DNA from: Dehalococcoidia bacterium
Lineage (GTDB): Bacteria; Chloroflexota; Dehalococcoidia; Lucifugimonadales; Australimonadaceae
NCBI GenBank assembly: GCA_022820645.1
Contig: JAJEFD010000019.1
Location: forward strand, 64,279 to 128,278
DNA: 64,000 nt
Direction of reading: 5' to 3'
Part shown: piece after piece, positions 1-6,441 of the stretch
Layout of the letters: every line of letters starts with the position of its first letter
Position numbering within the stretch: position 1 is the first letter of the stretch
The notes under the pieces: generated by a model
What the model was told of the DNA's origin: nothing
Database searches by the model: none
The model's input: the letters and a program-made list of their open reading frames with translations, nothing else
Made by a program: the position numbers and the translations under genes

Positions 1-582
1 CTCCGACGCGAGACCCTGCGAGAAGCGCTCCAGCGCCGCCTTCTGCGCGCCGTAGCCCGTGCCGCCCTTCAGCCGGTACTCCTCCGCGCCCTCGCCCACG
101 TACGGCCCGTGCCCCGGCCCGATCGCCGCCACCGACGAGATGTTGACGATGCGGCCGCTCCTGCGGGGGACCATGTCCTCCAGCGCGAAGCGGCTCAGGA
201 TGAACGGCGCGTGGACGTTCACCGCCCACGACCGCATCCACCGGTTCACGGCGTACTCCGTCACCGGCAGGAAGTACGAGAGCGCCGCGTTGTTCACCAG
301 CACGTCGACCGGCCCGTAGAGCGACCGCGCCTCCTGCACGAGCCGTTCGCACTCGTCCGCCTCCGAGATGTTGACCGCGACCGCCGACGCCTCGTGACCC
401 GCGTCGCGGATGCCCGCGACCGTGTGCTCGAGCGAGCCTTCGAGCGGATGGTCGCCCTCGTGGAGCGTGCGCGCCGCGCACACCACGCGACCGCCCTCCG
501 CCGCGAGCACCCGCGCGATCTCCGCCCCGATGCCCCGGCTCGCCCCGGTCACGATCACCGTCTGCCCGTCCAACTTCCCCAA
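1..582 (-). CDS. SDR-family oxidoreductase, truncated by the window edge
   Basis: Absent from the ORF track because it runs off the window. Manual reverse translation gives (M)GKLDGQTVIVTGASRGIGAEIARVLAAEG...VLVNNAA...NISS. It has the TGxxxGIG Rossmann motif. GGAGG lies 8 nt upstream of the TTG at 582; an alternative GTG is at 591. Confidence 0.7.
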   Translation of the reverse strand, partial: MGKLDGQTVIVTGASRGIGAEIARVLAAEGGRVVCAARTLHEGDHPLEGSLEHTVAGIRDAGHEASAVAVNISEADECERLVQEARSLYGPVDVLVNNAALSYFLPVTEYAVNRWMRSWAVNVHAPFILSRFALEDMVPRRSGRIVNISSVAAIGPGHGPYVGEGAEEYRLKGGTGYGAQKAALERFSQGLASE

Positions 583-635
583 CGCGCTCACCTCCAACCT
601 AGCCCGTGTATTGTAGTGGAGAGCAGGGGCAACCC

Positions 636-867
636 GTCGTTCCTGCGGAGGCAGGAACCTCGCATCCCAGCGGGGCGGAGCCCCGTCATTCTCGCGCAGG
701 CGGGAATCCAGGGTGCGCGGGCAGTGCACGCGGCGGTGCTTGATCCCCTCTCCCTTGAGTGGAGAGGGCTAGGGAGAGGGTGGACCGGCGGTGCGGGGTA
801 GGGTGCCTGGTGTAGGGGCATCCTCGTGGGTGCCCTTGCCCCGCTCATGGTGAGCCTGTCGAACCGC
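636..867. repeat. Composite REP array 1: REP-A variant 636-659, REP-A 685-711, REP-B 745-782, REP-C 809-835, REP-D-like 844-867
   Basis: Each unit recurs elsewhere in the window with a hairpin-forming core. The array sits directly left of the AT-shifted islet. Confidence 0.8.
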
Positions 868-893
868 GCCTGTCGCTCGACGCTTTTCTGATA

Positions 894-1523
894 CTACAAG
901 GGAAAGTTACGATATTTCATAGATATCAACGATGCATCAATCTCGCGTATGCCTTTAACTATGGTAGCGACAGTCTGATAATCGTCTTGTGGGTCAAATC
1001 GTCGCAAGGCTCTGCCAGACTTGTGAGCAGACTCCCCACGATTCTGTCCAAACTCGTCAATCTTCTGAATCCATTCTCTATTGATGTTTGCCTCCCGAAT
1101 GCCAACCGGAAAGAGTAATCGGAGTACATTTTCTTCTCTGATACCATGATTGGTGGCTCTCGCAAATTTGCTAAATTCTTGATGGGCCTTCTCTAGTTTG
1201 GATAACAAGTCCGGCCTAGATGCAAGGTCCAATCTAGTGGGGATATCGTGATTGTTATTCGCAGAGTAGGCCATGAGCGACACGGTTGGACGTCCAATAC
1301 GTCCCATGTTTTTCCATTCTTGAACGCATCGAGTTGCAGCATCTGTAGTGATTTCCTCAAGGCAGGCTTCTATTTCAGCATGAGCGAGGAGCCTATACCC
1401 AATAGCAAGGTCATACTCGCGATCAGAGTATGTTCCTGTCGGGCTAAACTCCCGTGGGAGGAAATGTCGACGTATTTCGCGTAGTCGACCTCTGAACTGC
1501 CGGTACCGGGAAGAGTTGGGCAA
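894..1523 (-). CDS. HEPN-like putative RNase (Rx4H motif), partner of the DUF262 protein
   Basis: 209-aa ORF in an AT-shifted segment. The motif NRGESAH (R162-x4-H167, nt 1023-1040) matches the HEPN Rx4-6H signature. The TTG start lies only 5 nt after the stop of the upstream DUF262 gene. The fold assignment was not verified by HMM. Confidence 0.55.
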   Translation of the reverse strand: MPNSSRYRQFRGRLREIRRHFLPREFSPTGTYSDREYDLAIGYRLLAHAEIEACLEEITTDAATRCVQEWKNMGRIGRPTVSLMAYSANNNHDIPTRLDLASRPDLLSKLEKAHQEFSKFARATNHGIREENVLRLLFPVGIREANINREWIQKIDEFGQNRGESAHKSGRALRRFDPQDDYQTVATIVKGIREIDASLISMKYRNFPL

Positions 1524-1528
1524 TTGAC

Positions 1529-2761
1529 CTACACCTGAATTCTGCCGCCGCTCATAAATGGAACAGCGATGTCGATACCTATGGCATCCTTCAGTACTCT
1601 ACCCCATGCGCTAAGTCTAATGAATGTGGCATCAACGGTCTTCGTAGTGCTCTGAATGGATTCGCGAAAGTCTCGATCCGAATCGCAAAGCAATCTGTAT
1701 GTCTCTTTCACGGCTTCTGCCTTGTCATGTGCGGCGGTTGCTATATCGCTTTGGGAGAAATAATAGGTCATCACATCGAACACAGCTCGATTAAATGGGC
1801 CCTGATACCTGTTTGAATCCCATCTCCGGAACGCTCCTGTATCAAATATACTAATCGTCGCATCAATCGCACGGTCGCAGAGTACAGCAACCTCTCTAAG
1901 CTCGGATTCTCTGTCAAGCCACTGCTGATTAAGAATATCGCAAGTGGAGTCTAGAAAGGCCTTAAGATCACCAGAATACTCGTGAAGCCGCTCATGGAAT
2001 CCAAAGAATCTCAGCAATATTTCTACATCTCGCATTCGGAAGTCGGGGGCTTTTAATTTTAGAGCACGTTTGATGGAGTCGCTATCAGCACTGTGGTCAG
2101 CGATGAAATCAATGAAAGGACCAGGTCGTAGTGCTTGCCTCAGTTCTTGGGTTGATAGGGGTAAGTTGCCAGTATTCAACCTGAGGAACACTCGGTACAA
2201 GAAGTTCTCATCGGTCCAATTCCGGATGATGACAGTTCTAATGGGCTGATTCTCATACGCAGGAACCTCTTTAGATAGAGCAGGGTCAACCATCATGTCA
2301 GCAAGATTCTTGCCTCCTAAATCAGGCTTAACGTTAAGGCCAGTGAGTCTGAACGTTTTGAACTCGGTATCTTCATCATCGGAAGCAAACCTGCGAAGGG
2401 CAAGTAACCTCTGCTTTCCGTCAATGACGATGTATTGGCCCCGGTTATCTGTCTTTTCGGCCAGCACTAACTGAGGCACGGGCAAACCTAAGAAGAGAGA
2501 TTCTATGAACGCACTCTTTCGTTCATCAGTCCATGCTTCCCTACGCTGAAACTTGGGATTCAAATCAATGTTGCCCTTTTTCAGCTGGGTGACAATGGTT
2601 TCTGTGGTCCAATCGGATGACGTAACCACTGCTTGAATGGGTTGAACGTCCAGATCTTTCTCTCGGAGGCCGGCAGGATCTTCATCGAAAAGATTGGCTA
2701 TGTCTATGGTCTCATCGTTTTCTGTAACCATATATCTTCCTTCCGTTTCCTGTGTTTGCAT
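1529..2761 (-). CDS. DUF262 (ParB-like nuclease/NTPase, GmrSD N-terminal type) domain protein
   Basis: 410-aa ORF. It carries the FQRREAW...LFLGLPVPQLVL...IDGKQRLLAL motifs (nt 2408-2551) typical of DUF262 (FQR / DGQQR). No obvious DUF1524/HNH C-terminal domain is present. An alternative start at ATG 2731 is preceded by GGAAGGAAG. Confidence 0.75.
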   Translation of the reverse strand: MQTQETEGRYMVTENDETIDIANLFDEDPAGLREKDLDVQPIQAVVTSSDWTTETIVTQLKKGNIDLNPKFQRREAWTDERKSAFIESLFLGLPVPQLVLAEKTDNRGQYIVIDGKQRLLALRRFASDDEDTEFKTFRLTGLNVKPDLGGKNLADMMVDPALSKEVPAYENQPIRTVIIRNWTDENFLYRVFLRLNTGNLPLSTQELRQALRPGPFIDFIADHSADSDSIKRALKLKAPDFRMRDVEILLRFFGFHERLHEYSGDLKAFLDSTCDILNQQWLDRESELREVAVLCDRAIDATISIFDTGAFRRWDSNRYQGPFNRAVFDVMTYYFSQSDIATAAHDKAEAVKETYRLLCDSDRDFRESIQSTTKTVDATFIRLSAWGRVLKDAIGIDIAVPFMSGGRIQV

Positions 2762-2922
2762 TCTTCGAGTCCAATGTGCGGCCTAAACGGATTGTGTCAT
2801 CATACTGAGGACGTGCAAATTTAGTCAATTGCGGTGATATCCAGCTGTGCTATGGTGAATTGGCGATAACCCCCTGCTCCCCCATCCCCCCATCCTCCCC
2901 ACCCCACGTCAAATCTCTGACA

Positions 2923-2966
2923 TGCGCCCGTTGCGCAGACGCCACACCCCTCCCTACGATGGGTGC
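2923..2966 (+). promoter_or_regulatory. Predicted promoter with palindromic operator of ATPase paralogue 1 (probably leaderless)
   Basis: TTGCGC (2931-2936), an 18-nt spacer, then TACGAT (2955-2960), with the ATG 6 nt after the -10 box and no SD. The palindrome TGCGC-CCGTT-GCGCA (2923-2937) overlaps the -35 box. The whole block is conserved upstream of paralogue 2. Confidence 0.45.
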
Positions 2967-4523
2967 ATGACTACGCAACCAATGCCAAGGCCCGAACACA
3001 TCATCACGCCCGACACCCTCCCGCCGGCGGAAAGGGCATACGTGGAGCGGCTCATCAGGGCCCTTCAGTGCGGAGTGCCCGGCTGCTCGTGTGCCGCAGG
3101 CCGCAAGTTCCACTGTCCGGCGCATCCCAACCCTGAAATAGCGACCCTCACCGTTGGCTTCGACCCCGGCTACGGCTATTCGTTCCACTGCCCCCGCTGC
3201 CCGCTCAACAAGATTCTCGAAGCCCTTGCGAAGCGGGGCCTCGCCCCTGAGTCGGAGCTGTTCACCTCCGCTGGCGCGCAGGACGCGGGGCTCGACCCCT
3301 TCTCCCTCTTCATCCCCCAGCCGCCGGACTGGCTCTGGCCTAACCGCATCCCTCTGGGCCAGCTCACCCTCATCGCTGGCTACCCCTCCTCCGGCAAGAC
3401 CTCCATCGCCCTCGACATAGCCGCCCGTGTCTCCCGTGGGGCATCCGCCCCCGACCAGCCGGGCGCCGCCTTCCCGAACGCTCCCGTTCTGCTGGCGACC
3501 TTCAACGGCAACCCCAGGGCCGGCGTACTCCCCGTCCTCCGCGCCTTCGGCGCGAATCTGGAACGCGTCTACTTCGCCGACCTCCTCGCTCAGAGCCACC
3601 CTGCCGACTACTACCCTGACGACCCGCCGCGCGAGGTAGACATCGAGGCGGCACGGAAGCAGGAGAAGGATCGCCAGTTCTACGTCTGGCTCAACAGCTT
3701 CCGCAAGCCGCCTACCATCGCCGAACTCACCGCACCGCCTCGGACAACGATTCCAACCCCTATGCCCTCACTCAGGCTTGGCGCTCCATGGCCCGGACTC
3801 AACCACACCATGACGCGGCTCGCCAACATGATCGCCCTGGGGAGCGCGGCCCTTCTTGTCGTCGATCAGGTGGAAGACCTGGCCGCCATGCACCGCGCCC
3901 AGGTGGCGACGGTCCTCGGCATGCTCAAGGCGCTCGCCGCCCGCTCCGGCGCAGCCGTCATCGCCCTCACCCACAACCCCGCGCAGAACTACCCGCGCGC
4001 CGTCACCGCCATGCAGCATCGCTTGGCGCAAGCCTCCGTCGTCTTCACTACCGCCGTCGTGGGACCCGGCGAGCGCCGCTTCCTCGTCCCTCTCCGTCCT
4101 GCCATGAGCGACGACGCCCCCGCCATCCCCTTCGTGCTTCCCCCTTCACCCGTCATTCCAGCGGAGGCTGGAATCCAGAGCAGCTCGCCCGACGCCTTCT
4201 CCGTCGCCTGGCGCAAACCCGTCTTCCCCGCCCACATCAAGGCCCTCGCTGACCCCACGCGTGACTACGGCGCAAGGACCCGCGCTGCTCAGGCATTCAT
4301 CACCCGCGCCCTCGCCGACGGCCCCCGCCCCGCCGCTGCGGTCGAGCGCGAGGCCGCTATGCAGGGCATATCCCGGCGCACCCTCTTCCGCGCCCGCGCC
4401 ACTTGCGGCATCAGGTCTACTCGCATCGGTGCCTCAGGAGGCCCGGGCTCGGGCACATGGCACTGGTCGCTCCCGCCGCGAAACACTCTGCAACAGGATG
4501 AGACACCGGACGATGGCGCATAA
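2967..4523 (+). CDS. Zn-ribbon / AAA_25-type (RepA/RecA-like) P-loop ATPase / C-terminal HTH protein, paralogue 1
   Basis: N-terminal CGVPGCSC..HCPAHPN..SFHCPRCP resembles a primase-type zinc-binding module. Walker A is GYPSSGKTS (3378-3401) and Walker B-like is LLVVDQVED. The C-terminal segment ARTRAAQAFITRAL..ISRRTLFRAR is HTH-like. The start is set at the ATG conserved with paralogue 2 (MTTQP). Confidence 0.7.
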   Translation: MTTQPMPRPEHIITPDTLPPAERAYVERLIRALQCGVPGCSCAAGRKFHCPAHPNPEIATLTVGFDPGYGYSFHCPRCPLNKILEALAKRGLAPESELFTSAGAQDAGLDPFSLFIPQPPDWLWPNRIPLGQLTLIAGYPSSGKTSIALDIAARVSRGASAPDQPGAAFPNAPVLLATFNGNPRAGVLPVLRAFGANLERVYFADLLAQSHPADYYPDDPPREVDIEAARKQEKDRQFYVWLNSFRKPPTIAELTAPPRTTIPTPMPSLRLGAPWPGLNHTMTRLANMIALGSAALLVVDQVEDLAAMHRAQVATVLGMLKALAARSGAAVIALTHNPAQNYPRAVTAMQHRLAQASVVFTTAVVGPGERRFLVPLRPAMSDDAPAIPFVLPPSPVIPAEAGIQSSSPDAFSVAWRKPVFPAHIKALADPTRDYGARTRAAQAFITRALADGPRPAAAVEREAAMQGISRRTLFRARATCGIRSTRIGASGGPGSGTWHWSLPPRNTLQQDETPDDGA

Positions 4524-4535
4524 ACTTGAAAACAC

Positions 4536-4682
4536 TGGCACTCTTGCGCTCTTAAGGGCGGGAAGCAGGCCACGGCCTTGTAAACACCCCCGATTAAGAG
4601 TGCCAAGAGTGCCAGATCGACGTACCCCGTCACTCGTTGAACCAGTGCTTAGAGTGCCAACACCAACCCCCGTTGGCACCCT
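4536..4682. repeat. Iteron-like repeats (AGAGTGCCA, 5 copies) around a conserved 18-nt box
   Basis: TGGCACTCT at 4536-4544 (inverted), the box GGGAAGCAGGCCACGGCC at 4560-4577, tandem AGAGTGCCA at 4597-4605 and 4606-4614, AGAGTGCCA at 4651-4659, and TGGCACCCT at 4674-4682 (inverted, 1 mismatch). Confidence 0.6.
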
Positions 4683-4705
4683 TAATCCCCTCCGCCGCCA
4701 ACCTC

Positions 4706-4965
4706 GTCATTCCAGCGAAGGCTGGAATCCATGGAGTGGCGCAGAGAACCGCTCGCAGGGGTGGTCAGGGGTGTCCGATCCCCTCTCCCTACAAGGGGAG
4801 AGGGCTGGGGCGAGGGTACTGCGGGTGGGGCATTGGGAGACTGTCATGCTGAGCGGAGCGCAGCGGAGTCGAAGCATCTCTCGGGTGCCCGGTGTAGGGG
4901 CATCCCTTGTGGGTGCCCTGCCTGGCCCACCTCTCCCCTTGGGAGAGGGGCTGGGGGTGAGGGTG
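4706..4965. repeat. Composite REP array 2: REP-A 4706-4731, REP-B 4780-4816, REP-D 4843-4885, REP-C 4891-4918, REP-B 4930-4965
   Basis: Direct sequence matches to the other copies. The array explains the spurious 247-aa N-terminal extension of ORF 4261-5718. Confidence 0.8.
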
Positions 4966-5001
4966 TGGCGTATTGCCCGGTTTCGCGCTAACGTTGCCCC
5001 C

Positions 5002-5718
5002 ATGCGCGAGAAGGTCTACCCCGACTTCGCCGCCGCCGTCGCCGACATCCCGGACGGGGCGTCCATCATGCTCGCAGGGTTTGCCGGGCCCGGCACCGCG
5101 CGGAACCTCATCGCCGCGCTCTACCGCCAGGGCGCGAAGGGGCTCACGCTCATCTCCAACACGCCCGGACGCTGGCAGGACGATCGCGTGGACTCCGGCC
5201 TGCTCGTGAAGGAGGGGCGCGTCGCGAAGGTCCACGCCGCGTTCACGGCGTCGCCGCACCCGTCCGTGCCGTCGCCGTTCACCGACCTGTACGAGGCGGG
5301 GAAGATCGAGGCGGAGCTGATGCCGCAGGGCACGCTCGCGGAGCGCATCCGCGCCGCCGGGGCGGGTATCGCCGCGTTCTACACGCCCACCGGCGTCGGG
5401 ACGGAGATGGCGGACGGCAAGGAGACGCGCGTCTTCGGCGGCAGGGAGTACGTGCTGGAGACTGCGCTCCACGCCGACTACGCGTTCGTCCGGGCGCGCC
5501 GCGCCGACCGCTTCGGCAATCTGCAGTACCACCGCACGCAGCGCAACTTCGGCCCCGTCATGGCGCGCGCGGCGAAGGTGACCATCGTCGAGGTCGACGA
5601 GCCGGTGGTGGAGGAGGGCGACATCGACCCCGACCACGTGCACACGCCGGGCATCTTCGTCGACCGCATCGTGGCCGTCCCGCCGGACGGGATCCAGGAG
5701 GTACCGCCCGAGCGATGA
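5002..5718 (+). CDS. scoA: 3-oxoacid CoA-transferase subunit A
   Basis: MREKVYPDFAAAVADIPDGASIMLAGFAGPG...; typical family I CoA-transferase A subunit. A 4-nt overlap couples it to subunit B. Confidence 0.85.
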   Translation: MREKVYPDFAAAVADIPDGASIMLAGFAGPGTARNLIAALYRQGAKGLTLISNTPGRWQDDRVDSGLLVKEGRVAKVHAAFTASPHPSVPSPFTDLYEAGKIEAELMPQGTLAERIRAAGAGIAAFYTPTGVGTEMADGKETRVFGGREYVLETALHADYAFVRARRADRFGNLQYHRTQRNFGPVMARAAKVTIVEVDEPVVEEGDIDPDHVHTPGIFVDRIVAVPPDGIQEVPPER

Positions 5719-6395
5719 CGGAACACCTCAGACAGCCCCTCGACCGGCAGACGATGGCCAACCGGCTCGCGATGGAGTTCCACGACGGCTGGGTGGTCAA
5801 CCTCGGCATCGGCATCCCGACGCTCTGCTCCAACTTCGTGCACCCGGACCGGCACGTCGTCTTCCAGTCGGAGAACGGGCTGGTGAACTACGGCCCGCTG
5901 GCCGAGCGCGGCGAGGAGGACCCGAACCTCGTGAACGCGGGCGGGCAGTACGTGGTGGAGATGGCGGGCATGGCCATCCTCGACCACGCGGACTCGTTCG
6001 CGCTCATCCGGGCGGGCTACGTGGACGTGACCGTGCTCGGCGCGTACGAGGTCGCCGCGAACGGCGACTTCGCCAACTGGAAGGTGGCCGGCGCGAAAGG
6101 GGGCGGCATCGGCGGCGCGATGGACCTCGCCGTCGGCGCGAAGAACGTCTTCCTGGCGCTGGAGCACACGACGCGCGACGGCAAACCCCGGCTGGTCGAG
6201 CGGTGCGCGTTGCCGGTGACCGCGGTGGGGGTTGTCAAGCTCGTGGCGACGAACCTGGGCCTGTTCGAGATCACGGAGCAGGGGTTCGTGCTCACGGAGA
6301 TCGCGCCCGGCTACACGCCGGAGGACGTGCAGGCCGTCACCGGCGCCCCGTTGACCGTCTCGCCGGAACTGCGCGAGTTCGCGCGGGTAAGTTGA
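5715..6395 (+). CDS. scoB: 3-oxoacid CoA-transferase subunit B
   Basis: ...NLGIGIPTLCSNFV...FQSENGLVNYGP...; contains the SENG motif of the B subunit. Confidence 0.85.
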   Translation: MTEHLRQPLDRQTMANRLAMEFHDGWVVNLGIGIPTLCSNFVHPDRHVVFQSENGLVNYGPLAERGEEDPNLVNAGGQYVVEMAGMAILDHADSFALIRAGYVDVTVLGAYEVAANGDFANWKVAGAKGGGIGGAMDLAVGAKNVFLALEHTTRDGKPRLVERCALPVTAVGVVKLVATNLGLFEITEQGFVLTEIAPGYTPEDVQAVTGAPLTVSPELREFARVS

Positions 6396-6441
6396 TGGTT
6401 TTCCGTCGTTAATACTGCATGAACCCGGCGTTAAACCTGCT

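Noticed and set aside
4513-4700. Small ORFs overlapping the stop codons of the ATPase paralogues: ATG 4513, and ATG 44639 encoding 45 aa.
   Set aside because: The nucleotide box shared by the two loci is read in different frames, and the peptides are unrelated. The conservation is therefore non-coding.
636-4965. Possible CRISPR array or IS element built from the REP clusters flanking the islets.
   Set aside because: The repeats belong to different families, are not regularly spaced, and have no unique spacers of constant length. No cas, transposase or integrase ORF is present in any frame.
4261-5001. N-terminal 247 aa of ORF 4261-5718, and ORF 4637-4852.
   Set aside because: These are read-through across the iteron region and REP array 2. 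CoA-transferase homology begins at the ATG at 5002.
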